Under the pieces are notes generated by a model. It saw only the letters and a list, made by a program, of their open reading frames with translations. It was not told where the DNA came from and made no database searches. Both the position numbers and the translations under genes were made by a program. Of a stretch of 64,000 nucleotides of DNA, positions 1-14,765 are shown in pieces. Source of the stretch: the human T2T-CHM13v2.0 reference genome, Homo sapiens; assembly GCF_009914755.1 (NCBI RefSeq), contig NC_060926.1. One strand, written 5' to 3'. Every line of letters starts with the position of its first letter. The first letter of the stretch is position 1.

Positions 1-1183
1 ACCTTACACCTTATACAAAAAGTGACTCAAGATGGACGAAAGATTAAAATGTAAGACCTAAAACCATAAAAACCCTAGAGGAAAACCTAGGCAATACCAT
101 TCAGGACATAGGCATGGGCAAATCTTCATGACTAAAACACCAAAAGCAATGGCAACAAAAGCCAAAATTGACAAATGGGATCTAATTAAACTAAAGAGCT
201 TCTGCATAGCAAAAGAAACTATCGTAAGAGTGAACAGGCAACCTACAGAATAGGAGTAAATTTTTGCAATCTATCCACCTGACAAAGGGCTAATATCCAG
301 AATGTGCAAGGAACTTAAACAAATTTACAAGAAAAACCTTATCAAAAAGTGGGCAAAGGATATGAACAGACACTTTTCAAAAGAAGACATTTTTGCAGCC
401 AACTAACATATAAAAAAAGTTCATCATCCTTGGTCATTAGAGAAATGCAGATCAAAACCACAGTGAGATACTATCTCATGCCAGTTAGAATGGCGATCAT
501 TAAAAAGTCAGGAAACAACAGATGCTGGAGAGGATGTGGAGAAACAGGAATGCTTTTACACTGTTGGTAGGAGTGTAAATTAGTTTAACCATTGTGGAAG
601 ACAGTATGGTGATTCCTCAAAGATCTAGAACTAGAAATACCATTTGACCCAGCAATCCCATTACTGGGTATATACCCAAAGGATTATAAATCATGCTACT
701 GTAAAGACACATGCACATGTATGTTTATTGTGGCACTATTCACAATAGCAAAGACTTGGAAACAACCCAAATGTCCATCAATGATAGACTGGATAAAGAA
801 AATATGTCACATATACACCACGGAATACTATGCAGCCACAAAAAACGGTGAGTTCATGTCCTTTGCAGAGACACGGATGAAGCTGGAAACCATAATTCTC
901 AGCAAGCTAACAAAGGAACAGAAAAACCAAACACTGCGTATTCTCACTCATAACTGGGAATTGAACAATGTGAACATATTGGCACAGGGAGGAGAACATC
1001 AACCACTGGGGCCTGTCGAGGGCTGGGGGTCAAGGGGAGGGATAGCATTAGGAGAAGTACCTAATGTAGATGACAGGTTGATGGGTGCAGCAAACCACCA
1101 TGGCACATGTATACCTATGTAACAAACCTGCATGTTCTGAACATGTATCCCAGAACTTAAGTATAATAAAAAATAAAATAAAA
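1..1183 (+). mobile_element. LINE-1 3' portion (ORF2 C-terminus, 3' UTR, A-rich tail), L1PA7/8-like; continues beyond the window start
   Basis: ORF-track peptides match the L1 ORF2p C-terminus ([22 protein letters not shown]; MFIVALFTIAKTWKQPKCPS). The 3' UTR ends GTATCCCAGAACTTAAGTATAATAAAAAATAAAATAAAA. Frame is broken. Confidence 0.95.
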
Positions 1184-1369
1184 TTTGTGTTCTAACGGGA
1201 ATAGGTCAGAGACTTTTTCTCGGGCGTGGGATGTCTGCAGGAATCTGGAGCCCTGATACAGAATTACCACACCAGGTTGTCCTTAGGAAGGGCTGGCTCT
1301 GGACACAACCTGTGAGCAAGGTTTGAGCCCCTCCTGACCCTAACACCCTTGTAAGATCAGCCAAGCCCA

Positions 1370-1770
1370 TTCCTTCTCAGGGCCTTTACACTCGCACTTC
1401 CGGGCATAAGCCTCAAATGTTCACACCCACATTGCTGCATGACTGATTCCTTTTTGTTATCTCAGCCCAAAGACCACCTTCTCAGAGAGCTTTTTCAGAC
1501 TACTCAATCTAATTTCTTTCCTGCTGGTAGGCCGTCTTTAAGAGTCCATCTGACTTTACTTCTTCAAGGCTGCATTACTCTGTGAACTTATTTAGTCTAT
1601 TTTTTTGTTTCTTTGTCTACCTCACCCCATTAAAACATAAGGAACATGAGAGTAAGGGACCTCACTTTCCTTTTCTCTGCTGTATCCTCAGCATTTACAG
1701 CAGAACCTGATGCACAGCAGGTGCTCAAAAATGTTAACTGGCTGAACGAATGAATGAGTGAGTGATGAAT
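1370..1770 (+). mobile_element. L2 LINE 3' end relic
   Basis: CTGTATCCTCAGCATTTACAGCAGAACCTGATGCACAGCAGGTGCTCAAAAATGTT followed by TGAATGAA-type repeats, typical of the L2 terminus. Confidence 0.7.
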
Positions 1771-2599
1771 ACAGATTCTGTTGTGAAATAAAAAAAAAAA
1801 AAAAACGCTGAAGACTAACATTATAGACCAAGCAGGCTGTGTGTTCTTAGGCATATCTGGGAAAGAGAAGCACAGCTAATCTGGGCAGGTAGAGCCTCGG
1901 CGTCATTACAACTTGAATATCAAAGGAATGTGACTTTCTTGGTATCCCAGTTTATTGAAGCAGGTCATACCTGCTTTACATGGGTTTTCTGTATGTATAT
2001 TAGGAACCCCAGCCTCATGAGTCTCCCAGTTCATTGGGCAAACATCTGCCGCTGATGGTGAGACTTTGTTAATCCATATCCAACATGAGCTGCACCTCTC
2101 TGTCTTCTCTCCTTTGATCCCACCCATGTTTTTCTCCCTTGACCATCTTCCCCTTAGCTCATATGCAGCTCATGAGCCCCATTGCCCCACTCCTGTCCCT
2201 TCTAACTGCCTTATATATTTTTCCACTTTTGGAGTTTTTTGTTACACATAATTAAAAATCCAAAGGTGATGAAAAATGGCAAATGATTCAAACCTGGGTA
2301 AATCTATTCATGTCAGAAGTCTGTAGTTACTGGTATTTATTTCTTTTGTGTTCCAGTGGTATTTTCATTGTTGCTGGCCCCATCCCTCCTCTTTTTCTCT
2401 AGGGAGAAATCTTGGCTGCTGGCTTCTTTAAAGTGTTTCACAGATGAAGGGAATATCAAGGACAGACTTAAAAGAGGGAAGAAGACTATTGTTTGAAGCC
2501 AGGTGAGGCCACTTAGGAAATGTGGGTACAATCCTTTCCAAGTCCACCTGTGTTGAAAGCATACAGAAGCCTCTGTACTTTGCTAGCCTGAGCTGTTTG

Positions 2600-3055
2600 G
2601 CAAATGATGTCCCTTTTATTTACTCTCTGTCCCTTTCTTCATCCTGTTCCCAGCCTTCGGAAGGCCTCCCTGTGTGGGCTGGTAGAAGTGGGCTCCTGTG
2701 TGCTCTGTTGCTAGTTGGATTTGGCCAGTGGGAGGCACCAGCAGTGAATCAGAGGATGAGAGAAGAGTGGGGTCAGGGTATCTACTCCCGTGCCCTGGCT
2801 TGCTCCAGTGGATGCTATACAGGCAGTTTCCTAGATGTAGGGAACGCTCCAGTTTTCAGTAACTTCTACCTCCCTTTGTCCCTTAATTGTAGGGGTAGTA
2901 ACAGCTCTTCACAGTGGACAGCCTGAGGTGCTGCACTATTGCTTTCTGGTTTTTGTAAATCTTACCCATCTCTTGGAAAGCAGCCCCTTTATTAAATTCT
3001 CCTCCAGTAGCAGAGATGCTGCACACATATCCCCTTTCCTCTCGGGGCCCGAGGA
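2600..3055 (+). mobile_element. ERVL-class solo LTR (LTR33-like), highly diverged
   Basis: GGGAGGCACCAGCAG...GAGTGGGGTCAGGGTATCTACTCCC and terminal CCCCTTTATTAAATTCTCC resemble the recalled LTR33 consensus. Confidence 0.55.
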
Positions 3056-3059
3056 CCAG

Positions 3060-3765
<706 letters not shown>

Positions 3766-4289
3766 TAACTCAACCTCAATCTTTCCTTCTAAGCCTAAAG
3801 GCAGAACTCTTCCCTTCTTCTGTCAAAACTTGATACCTGCTAGTAGTTTGATCTTCGGTATTCTAAGAAAGGGAGGTGAGCACATAAACTTGTAGTACAA
3901 ATTATTTACATTGAAAAAGTGTATATATACAGATGCAAATGAGTTACAAATATTTTGGTCTCATTTCTAGGTGAAGCCTTGATGACTGTGGTTTGAATTC
4001 ACTGGGAAAAGTGGAATCGTCAAGAGACCCGGGCTAACTAAATCCCTCTGGGAGCCTCAGCAGCTGAGGCCATCACTCAAAATTAAGGGTGGTAGATTCT
4101 CCTTTGGACCTGTAGGCCCAATTCAAGAACTAATGGCTGCCCTGATTATTCTGTAGTCTGTGTTGTCTGATGGATCCATATCTTCCTCTTTGGAAAGCTG
4201 GGAACTAGAAAGAAGTGTTCTATTTGCTATTACCCAAGGGATAATACTACCAGAATAGCCAGTGGAATTTGCCTATTACTTTTCTTAAA

Positions 4290-4980
4290 AACAATCTTTG
4301 TGTTCTGGAGTAATTTTAGATTTATAGAAAAGTTACCAAGGGAGTAAAAAAAGTTCCTACGTACCCTTCACTCAGCTTCCTCTACCATTAATGTCTCATA
4401 TAAAGATAATTTGTCAAAGCTAAGAAATTAACATTGGCATATTAATATTAACTAAACTCTGGGTTTCATTTGGATTTCACCAGTTTTCCCACTAGTAACT
4501 TTTTTGTGGTGCAGGATTCAATCCAGGATACTATGTTGCATTTGGTCATTGTCTTAGTCCATTTGGGCTGCTATAACAAAATACCTTACACTGGGTAATT
4601 TATAAACAACAGAAATTTGTTGCTCACAGTTCTAGAGGTCAGGAAGTACAAGATCAAGGCACCAGCAGATTTGGTGTTTGATGAGGGCTTGTTCTCTGCT
4701 TCAAAGAACACCTTCTTGCTATAGTAGAAGGGGAAAAAATAAGTCCTTGGAGCCCATCTTACAAGGGCACTAATCCTATTCATGAGGGTGGAGCCCTTAT
4801 GGATTAATCACTTTCAAAGGTTCCACCTCTTAATATTATCACATTGAGTATTAGGTTCTAATGTATGACTTTTGGGGGGATACCAACATTCAGATCATAG
4901 CAGTTATCATATCTCCTTAATTTCTCCAATCTGTAATACTTCCTCGGATTTTCATTACTTTTCGTGACCTTGATGTTCAG
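4290..4980 (-). mobile_element. Ancient L1 3' UTR fragment (L1MC-like), interrupted by MLT1A
   Basis: TAATTTTAGATTTATAGAAAAGTT...GATTCAATCCAGGATACTATGTTGCATTT, resuming after the LTR as CATATCTCCTTAA...TGACCTTGA. Confidence 0.6.
4550..4902 (-). mobile_element. MaLR solo LTR (MLT1A/MLT1A0)
   Basis: TG...CA ends (TGTCTTAGTCCATTTGGGCTGCTATAACAAAATACC ... CATTCAGATCATAGCA). 5-bp TSD GTCAT/GTTAT with one mismatch. Confidence 0.9.
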
Positions 4981-5949
4981 GCGTAACTTTTTAAATTAGT
5001 TGAAAGTTCATGAATGCAATTAGGACATGATTAATCTTATTAATCATGAAAAACTATTTTCACATAGCTGTTGCCATCCTATGGATCCCACCCTTTGAGG
5101 ACAGGTCAGGGCCTTCCCTCTATTTTGCACATCTCTCTCAGCGGCCATGCTGAGTGTGTTATGATTTATGGTGATTATAGCATGATATTGAGGATTTTTT
5201 GATCAGTGTCTGCTTATCATAGTAGCCAGCAGCTTTCATCAGGTCCCTGTATGAAGGAAATGAAAAGATCTCTTTTAGGAAACAGGTCCATTTATTTTCC
5301 CCTTGGTGTTCCCTTTGAAGCCAATCTATAAACTCCCTTAGATGACAGTCACCTATAATAATTTCGAATAATGCTCCTGAACCTATGCTCCCTAAAAGTC
5401 TGTCCCTCTGGTTGGACTTTCTTGTGCTTTAATTGTTGCGTGTTATCACTTTAAGGGTAGTATTCTTTCTCACAAAGCTTTTAAGCATTACTTTGTGAAA
5501 GGTGTTAGAAAGGTGAAAATGGTAATTAAATCTTATCTCCAGCGTAATTTTATGATTACATTGTACTATTCCCCAGAACTATGCTTTCAAAATTGTTGTG
5601 GGCCCACAAATGCCTCTTGTGTATCACTGTAGAGAAAGTGCTAACACAGGGCTTTGTTGTCCAATTATTTTTATTTCAGCATCTGAATGGATTCTCGATC
5701 TAGGCGCCGTTGTTCATGCTCATCCTTCTCACTCATGTTACTAAATGAAAAAGCAGGACTCCACAATCTTGTACTTGGATGATTGTAATGCTGGGGCACC
5801 AAAGTTAAGACACTAGAAATAAAGGGATAAACTCCTCCTGATGACATGGACCTGTGAACTGGTGCATCTTACAATCTTCAGAGACTCAGGGACAGATTAG
5901 CAGTCTCAATTTTGAATACCTCAACTATCTGGTGGAAGGAGATCTTCAG

Positions 5950-6355
5950 TTATATCCATTCACTCCTTCAAGCAGTTGTAGAGCACGGACAGTGTGTCAG
6001 ACATTGTGTCAGTTTCAAGATGGCTGAGAGTTTGTTCCCATCAGTCTGCGAGGGGAGACCTGCAACAAATAATTGCTGCTCAATGTGGCACGTGCCGTGA
6101 GGGGAGGAAGCTGAAGGAGCTCTGGAAGCTCGGGATCGTGGGGAGCGACGAGGGAATGAGGGCCACCAGATGTTTTGCTGAGGGGTCCTGAGGACAGTCC
6201 CCTAAGAGCTTAGGACTTCCAAAGCGAATACTGCTTTAAATAACACTTTGTGGGAAATTCAGTCATGTGTAGTGAGAATAGAGGAGACAAGGGGATGAGA
6301 CAGAAAGTGGGAAAATCAGTTAGGAAGCAGTTATTGTAGTCCAGGCAAGGAGATA
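5950..6355 (-). mobile_element. L2 fragments
   Basis: ATCCATTCACTCCTTCAAGCAGTTGTAGAGCAC (inverted L2 end) and AATCAGTTAGGAAGCAGTTATTGTAGTCCAGGCAAG. Confidence 0.5.
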
Positions 6356-6414
6356 CAGTTTCCCTCCCCCTCTCTTATTTTATTGTAAGAGGAGATCACA
6401 GTCTGTAGAAAAAA

Positions 6415-6535
6415 ATGTATAGAACTGGTTTGTAGTTAAAGAAATCCTAGCTCTACCATTTATTGACCATGCAATCCTGAGTAAGTCAGTGGAGTTCTCC
6501 AAGTCTCCATTTTTCTCTTGCAGAGTGAAATAAAA
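6415..6535 (+). mobile_element. MIR fragment
   Basis: AAATCCTAGCTCTACCATTTATTGACCATGCAATCCTGAGTAAGTCA...TCTCCATTTTTCTC resembles the MIR core. Confidence 0.6.
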
Positions 6536-6539
6536 TGTG

Positions 6540-7005
6540 AAGAGTAACTGCCTGGTTGCTCTCAGACTCATTCTCTGCCTTCCTTTGCTCTCTTCTGTAA
6601 TGCAGAAAGCTACATTTCTTTCCCAGACTTTCCAGCTCTTTGGCTTCCAGATGGATTTGACCCAAGAGAGGCAGTGGCAAGATTGCAGAGTAGCAGTGGA
6701 GAGTAGCCAGGGCATTTCTCTTCCTCTTTTGGCTTCCTGTGGCATCCTTGACAGCAACTCAGTTTCCTTCATGGCTCCAGCTGCTGCTGTGGGGCCCCAG
6801 CTTCTGGACTGTGTTACACCACTGCCTTCTGCTGTCCCTCCAGACCTAGGGCTGATAATGGCTTCCTACTGTTGATAATGCCGGGGTTCACCCTCAATAA
6901 CCCTGATTGTATTTCTAACTTTTCCCTCACTGATGTAACTGACTTTTCTGTATTAACTTTCTTCTGTTTGTAGAACGAATAATGGTTTCTATTTTCCTGA
7001 CTAAC
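6540..7005 (+). mobile_element. ERVL-class solo LTR (LTR33/LTR16-like), diverged
   Basis: GCTACATTTCTTTCCCAGAC...GGCTTCCAGATGGATTTGACC...GAGAGGCAGTGGCAAGATTG and terminal TGGTTTCTATTTTCCTGACT. Confidence 0.5.
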
Positions 7006-7736
7006 ATGTGAAATAGAGGTACTCTTTAAACTGCAATGTAAGTATAGATATGTGAGGTTTTGCTGTTACTCTTTAGGACTGTTATATCTGAAGAAAATCC
7101 TGGAATGCAAAATTCCATGATGGGTGGAGCTTGGTGTAACTTGTGCTGGTCAGTGGGCATACCTATAGGCTTGGTAGGCAATTTCTTCACTTTTGGGCTC
7201 TGTGCCTGTATATCTAGTTCAGAAGCCAACAATTGGTTCTGTGTCAGTGGCTCCTCTGGGGTCCATGCTGTATGCTGAGCAGAGACACAGATACATGAAA
7301 CATATCCTTGTCCTTGGGGAGCTTATGTCTGTAGAAATTTAGCAAAAAATACCTAATATAGTACTAACACGATTTGGGATTTGTACCTAAAAAACAAAGT
7401 ACAAATCAAGCCAACTATATTAAAAAGTTTCTTTGATGAGTTGACCAAGTACCAAGAAATGAAGAAATAATTGAGTATGCACTATAGAAGGTATCGTTCT
7501 AGATGATGCAGGACATACAAAGGAGGACTATGACATGGCTTTCCTCTCATGAAGAGGTTTACAATGTCCTGAAGGAGACAAAATAAAATTACATGAAACT
7601 AATGATCAAAGGAAGTGTATTACAATTGTTTAAGCATTGCAGAAACAATAAGTTTTAAGAACTTTAATATTTTTGACCAGTAAGTAAGTGTGAAGTTATC
7701 CTATTCCCAAAAATGTAACAACATGTTTAAATTTCT

Positions 7737-8173
<437 letters not shown>

Positions 8174-8902
8174 TGAGGAAATATGTTGTCAGCAGACTTT
8201 CACTATAGGACATGTAAAAGAAATTCCTTTAGGTGGAAGAAAAATGATGCCAGATGAGACTTATATCTGCATAAAGGAGTGAAGAATACCTGAAATGGGA
8301 AATATGTTTGGAATATAAAGCACATTTTTCTTATATTTAAATGTCTTCAAAATGTTTGACTTTTTAAGGCAAAGATAACAATATTGAATTGAGAAGCTTG
8401 TAAAGTAGGCAGAAGTAAAATGTATGACAAAATAGTACAAATAATGCGAAGGAGGAAATAAAAGTATTCATCATAAAGTTCTTACATTATACATAAAATG
8501 GTACAATACTATTTGAAGGTAGAGCATCTAACTTCTAGATGCCCACTGAAAACCTTAGAGAAACTGTTGGAAAACAAAACAAAACCCATGAACCAAAAAC
8601 AAAGTGTTTTAGCTAATAAAACAGTAGCGAAGATAAAATGAAATTAAGAACTGCCCAGTCTAAAAGGATACGGGAAGAGGGAAAAGGCAACACAAAACAG
8701 ATGTAAGAAATAGAAGGGAAATAACAAGACGGTAGATTGAAAGTCAACTGTACTGGGTAAATGAAAGTGATATAAATACCTCAATTAGCATGCAGAGATT
8801 TTATGATTGGAGAGAATACTAAGACCCAATTATATGTTGTCTAGAAGAAACACACTCCAAATATAAAAACAGAGAAATGTCACAAATAAAAAGATAATAA
8901 AG

Positions 8903-9202
8903 AGCCAGACACAGTGTCTCACACCTGTGATCGCAGTACTCTGGGAAGCTGAGTGGGGAGGATTGCTTGAGCTGAGGAGTTCGAGACCAGCCTGGGCAAG
9001 ATGACAAGACCTTATCTCTACCAAAAAAAAAAAAAAAAAAGCTGGTTGTGGTAGCACATTCCTGTAGTCCCAGCTACTCAGGAGGCTGAGGCAGGAGGAT
9101 TGCTTGATCCTAGGTGATTGAGGTTTCAGTGAGGTAGGATTGCACCACTGCACTCCAGCCTAAGCAACAGAACAAGACCCTGTCTCAAAAAAAAAAAAAA
9201 AA
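8903..9202 (+). mobile_element. AluJ
   Basis: Dimeric Alu with J-type GGAGGATTGCTTGA in both arms and AAGACCCTGTCTC-polyA. Confidence 0.9.
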
Positions 9203-12200
9203 GATAGAAAATATATACTATGCAAACTCTAATCATAAGAAAGTTAAGAGTTGTTAATACCAAAGTAGACATCAGAAAATAAATATTGCCAGACATAATG
9301 GGACATTTCATAATGAAAGAGGGATCAACACATTAAGAACACATAACAATCATAAAATGAATGCACTCAATAACAAAGCTTCAAAATATGTGAAGCAAAA
9401 CCTGACAAAACTACAAGGAGAAATAGTTACTTCTTCATCATAGTTGAATATTTTACTCTCAGTAGTTAATAGAACAAGTAGGCAGAAAAATCAGTAAAGT
9501 CAGTAAATATATGGAAGACTTGAATGACACCATCAAGCAAATCCACATAATAATGGAATATACATTCTTTTCAAGTGTGTATGAGCACTAACCAACATAT
9601 GCTAGGCTAAAACAAATCTCAATAAATACAAAAGAATTGAAATGACATAAAATATAGTCTCTCACAACAACATAATTAAACTGGAAATCATTAACAGAAA
9701 AATATCTGAAATATTCACAAATATTTGGAAATTAAATAAAACACTTCCCCAAATCAAAGAAAAAAAACACAAGAAAAATTAGAAATTATTTGGAATTAAG
9801 TGACAATGAAAAGAGAACATATCACCGTTTACAAGGTAGAGCTAAAGCAGTATTTAGAGGAAAATGTATACCATTAAATATTTATGTTGGAAAAGAAGGT
9901 TCAAAATAAATGGCTTAAGTTTTTACCTTAAGAAGTAAAAAAAGAGCAAATTAAACCTCAAATAAGTAGAAATTAGGAAATAATAAGAGTAAGAACATAA
10001 ATAAAAAACAGAAAAAAGCAATAGAAAATATCAATTAAGCAAAAAAACTGGTTCTATAAAAAGATCAATAAAATGGATAAACTTATAACTAGACTGATCA
10101 GGAAAAAGAGGAAATACAAATCACTAATATGAAGAATGAAAAGAGACATATCATTATAAATTTTGATACATTAAGGATAATAAGGAAATAATAGAAATAA
10201 ATAGATGTCAATAAATTTGACAATTTAGATGAGATGGACAAAGTCCTTGAAAAACACAATTGGCCAAAACTGACTCAGGATGAAGTAGATTATCTGAATA
10301 GCTCTATATCTACTAGTTAAATTGAAATTCTAATAAAAAACCTTGTAAAGAAAATCCCAGTCCTAGATAGTTTCACTAAAGAATTCATCAAACATTTTAG
10401 AAAGAAATGACATTATTCCAATACAAAGTCTTTTACAAAATAGAAGAGATGGGAACACTTTCCAACTTATTTTGTGTGGCCAGTATTACCTTAATACTAA
10501 AATCAGAAAAATTCATTATGAGACAAACTATAGACCAATAATAACCTTTATGAACATACACAAATATTCCTTAACAAAATCTTAGTAAATTGAATTGAGC
10601 AGTATATAACTGATTGATTTAGTATATAACTCATGACTGTGTAGGATTTATCCTAAGTAATGCACAAAAGGTTTAACATTTGAAAATCAGATTCCTAAAC
10701 CTGACAAAGAGCACCTGTGAAATACTTCCAAGTGGTATTATATTTAATAGTAAGAGATTGAGGACTTTGTCCCTAAGATCAGGAACAAGCAAGAATGTCT
10801 GTATCCCTTATTTCTGTTTATTGTTGTACTGGAGGTCCTGGTCAGTGCAATAAGGAAAGAAGAAAAATGAAAACACATATAGATTGGAAAGGAAGAAATA
10901 AAGCTCTCTTTATTTACAGAGGACGTGGTCATGTCTATAGCAGATCCTTAGGAATTTACAAGAAAGATTCTAGAACTAAAAGTGAGTTTAGCAAAGTTAC
11001 ATGATACAAAGTCACAGTACAAAAGTCAATTTTATTTATCTATAGTAGTAACAAATGGAGATTAAACATTTGAAAATATCATTTGGAATGGCATCAAAAA
11101 ACATGAAATACCTATTAATCAGTTAAGAAAATATGTGTTAAGACCTATATGCTAAAAAACTATAAAATATTGATGAAAGAAATTAAAGGAGACCCGAAGA
11201 AATGGGCAGATCCATCTTGTTCAGTATCAGAAGACTTAATATTGTTAAGATTGTCAATTTTTCCTATATTAAACTACATATTCAATTCAATCCCAATCAA
11301 AATCCCAACTGCCTGATTTCAAGACTGACCATAAAGATATACTAACGACAATGGTGTAGTATTGGCATAAGGACAGACGTGGACATTTTCAGAATATAGA
11401 ACAAAATAGAGATTCTAAAAATAGATCACCACATGTGTGGTCAATTGGTTTTTTTTTTTATAGAGATGTCAAGAAACTTTAACTGAAGAAAGGGAATATT
11501 TTTAAAAAATTATGATGAAGTAATTGTAGTTTATCTGGAAAAATGAATATTGACCATTGCCTCACATCACACATGAAAAGTAATTCTGTATGGACTATGG
11601 AAGCTGAAAAATGCTAAATCATAAAACTTGTAAAAGAAAACAGGAGAAAATGTTTTTGACTTTTAATTAAGCAGCGATTTCTTATATGGGGAGAAAAAAG
11701 TGTAAATAATTTAAAAATGATACATTTGCATCTCATAAAAATTAAAACTTCTGCTTTTTTACTAATACCATTAAATAAATAAAAAGATAAATGAGATATG
11801 GCAGAAAACAGTCAAAATACTATGATAAAGTATGTATATATAGAATATAAAAAAACTCTTACAATTCAATAGTAAGAGCACGAAAGGTAAAGAAAAATTA
11901 GCAAAACATTTGAACAGACACTTACCAGAGAAGATACATGAATAACTAACATGAATATGAAAAGATACTCTACATCATTAGTCATCAGGGAAATACAAAC
12001 CCACAATAGGATACCAGCACAAGTCCATAAAAATGACCAAAATTAAAAAGACTGACAATACCAAGTCCTGGTGAGGGCATAGAGCAAGTAGTATAAGAAT
12101 TTTTGAAAAAAAGAGTGGTGGTTTCTTATAAAAATAAACATATTCTTATGTTGTGACCCCTAAATTTCCACTTATGGATATTTATCGAAGAGATATCCAC

Positions 12201-13332
12201 ACAAACACTTGAAATCTTCGCAGTGGTTTCACTTAGGATAGCCTAAAACTGGTAACAACTCAAATGTCCATCAACTGGCCAATGGACAAACAAATCATAA
12301 CATAAGTAAACAAATCACTGTATAACTAAATGAATGCATTTTACATGCATAAACTGTATCTCAATCAAGTTGGTAAAAACATGGAGATAATATCTACCTT
12401 AACTCTGTTGAAAAGGTGGAATGAAAAAAGTCGGAACCATTAGCATGCTTTGAAACAAAATGTGTGTAATCCGTGCACACTTACCAGACCCCAGAGATGA
12501 TGTGGGGCTTAAGAGAAATTAGGTAAAACCTAAAGAATAAAATCAGAGGCAGAAAAAGAAGACTTTGAAATTGAATCTAGATTTCCCTAGAAGTTTTGAA
12601 TTTAAAAAAAAAACCCAAAAAACCCAACCTATAAATATGTAACTTGTGGCAAGTGGCCATTTTCATAAGCCCTGTTGCACAGCGGTAGGGGCATCAGAGT
12701 CTGAGTGAAATGGAGCTGTCTGACCCACACGAGGTTGTCTGCGATGTCCAGTGACAAAGAAATGCCTTGTCCCTTGAACATGTGATAATGAAACACATAT
12801 ATGTTAACAAATAAAGTGTTAGAACACAAAGTACATTTTAATGACTTTTCTCAGTCTCTTAGCTGGCTGCATTCTTACATTTCCACATTGAGTTTACGAT
12901 TCTTGGGGAGAGTGGAAAAGGGAGCAATCTCATGATAGCTTGAGCTTAGAACCAATTTGTACTTGTAGAACTCTCTGGTGAGCATTCCAGCTCTAACCCA
13001 TGTCCAGCTGTACACCCTCTAGCCACTGATCAAGACAGAATGTATTATAGTTGTTATTAAATATTTTTTTATTAATAACAAAGTATTTGAAATGAAATAT
13101 ATGAAATAAAATATTTTCATTTTTACCAGAGATTTTAGAAAATGGTTTGAAATGATGAGTATATTGTCATATTGCTGGTGTGTGTTGGGCTGGTTGCCAA
13201 ATGGGAATATGATTTTGAGTAAAAGGTCCAGGTCATTCTTCCATTTTCTACGGTTTTCTTTATAACTAAAAATTGCTTTAGTGATGAATACTAGTGAATT
13301 TTACCCAACAACTGAGTATATAGCATACTGTG

Positions 13333-13793
13333 GTGTGTTAGTTAGGGTATGAGTTGGGTTGTTGTTGCAAAGGCATAACTTGATGGATTAGACAAGGTAT
13401 AAATTAATTTCTCTCTACTTAATTGTTTGAAAGCAGAGAGTTAGTAAGGGCTGGTAGAGTGTCTCTACAATCACCTATATGTGGCTTCCATTTCTGTGTC
13501 TAAAGTGGCTGCTCCTGGTCTAGCTATCACTTCTGCATCCCAGTCAATGTGAAGGAGAAAAGAGGAATGCCAGTGCATACCCCTTCCTTTTGAAGACATG
13601 GCCTAGAGGTTGCACGTAATACTTCTATTCATTTCATGTTGGCAAGAATTTAGCTGCAGGGGCACACTTTGTTGCAAAAGGAGTCTGGAAAAATGAGTCC
13701 TTTATTCAGGTGGCAATGTGCCCAGGTATAATTGAGGGCTTTATTATGAAAAGAAGACAATGGATATTGGAGGACATCTAGCCATGTCTCACA
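13333..13793 (-). mobile_element. Old MaLR solo LTR (MLT1I/J/K-like)
   Basis: TGTTAGTTAGGGTA... AAAGTGGCTGCTCC...ATCACTTCTGCATCCCAG... ACTTCTATTCATTTCATGTTGGCAAGAA... GGATATTGGAGGACA..CACA. Confidence 0.65.
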
Positions 13794-13929
13794 ATTGTGG
13801 AGGCTGTAGTAACATGAAAGGAGGAGAGGAGGACTTAGACAGGAGACCTTTATTGATTCTACAGCCAGAAAGACTTGAGGACAGCAGGGTTTTAGGATTT
13901 GGTTTAAATGTGGTGTGCCCTCTCTATTG

Positions 13930-14260
13930 CTATGGTAGAGGCCGCAGCCATGGAAACCAGGTGTGACATTGCCTTTGTTGCTTGGGTGTGACTAAGAAGA
14001 TGGCCATAGAAATGGTAAGAAAGGATTAAACCTGAGGAATAACTCGAGTAGGTGATGAATAAGACCTGGAGACAGATCAAAGTGCAGAGGAGAAGGGAGT
14101 TTCAGGGAAGACTTCAAGGTCTGTAGTGTGTGAAAGCCAAAGACTGTAGGTTACGCTGACCCAAACAGGAAACCTGGGAGAGAAAACCAATTGTTGGGAA
14201 AGACAATGACCTTGATAGGCATAGTTTTCAGTGGCTCTTGATCATAATTCAGGTCTGGGA
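13930..14260 (-). mobile_element. L2 internal fragment
   Basis: Purine-rich GAGGAGAAGGGAGTTTCAGGGAAGACTTCAAGGTCTG pattern typical of inverted L2. Confidence 0.45.
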
Positions 14261-14611
14261 CAAAAAAAGAGGTTGGTGCTTGGTCCATCCTTGAATCTCT
14301 GGGCCGATTCTAAGCTCTCTTAATTTCTCTTTGATTTTTTTTTCCAAGTAAACACACTTACAAACAGCCTGGAACCGGGGAGTTTTGAGATGTGAAGTAG
14401 AATGAGATTTAAATAATATGCCCCGTGACTGGGCATATAACCTTCATCACTCTTCATTTCGTTATTTTTAGAAAATAGGCAAAATAAATTAGCCTACTAA
14501 ATATTGGCAGAAAATGCATAGTACCTATGTTGATACCCAGGTTTTGCTCAAATCTTATCAAGTTCTGAAACCAGACGTTTGTAATGATCAGAGTGTTCCT
14601 CTTAGATATTT

Positions 14612-14765
14612 ATTTAGAGACGGGGTATCACTGTGGTGCCCAGGCTAGAGTGCAGTGGCACATTCCTAGCTCACTGCAGCCTTGAGCTCCTGGGCTTAAG
14701 TGATCCTTCTGCCTCAGCCTCCTGAATAGCTGAGACTGCAGGTACATGGCACCATGCACAGCTAT
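14612..14765 (-). mobile_element. Free right Alu monomer (FRAM), or an AluJ truncated to its right arm
   Basis: Single Alu arm (GCTCACTGCAGCCTTGAGCTCCTGGGCTTAAGTGATCC) bracketed by a perfect 13-bp TSD CTCTTAGATATTT at 14599-14611 and 14766-14778. Confidence 0.85.
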
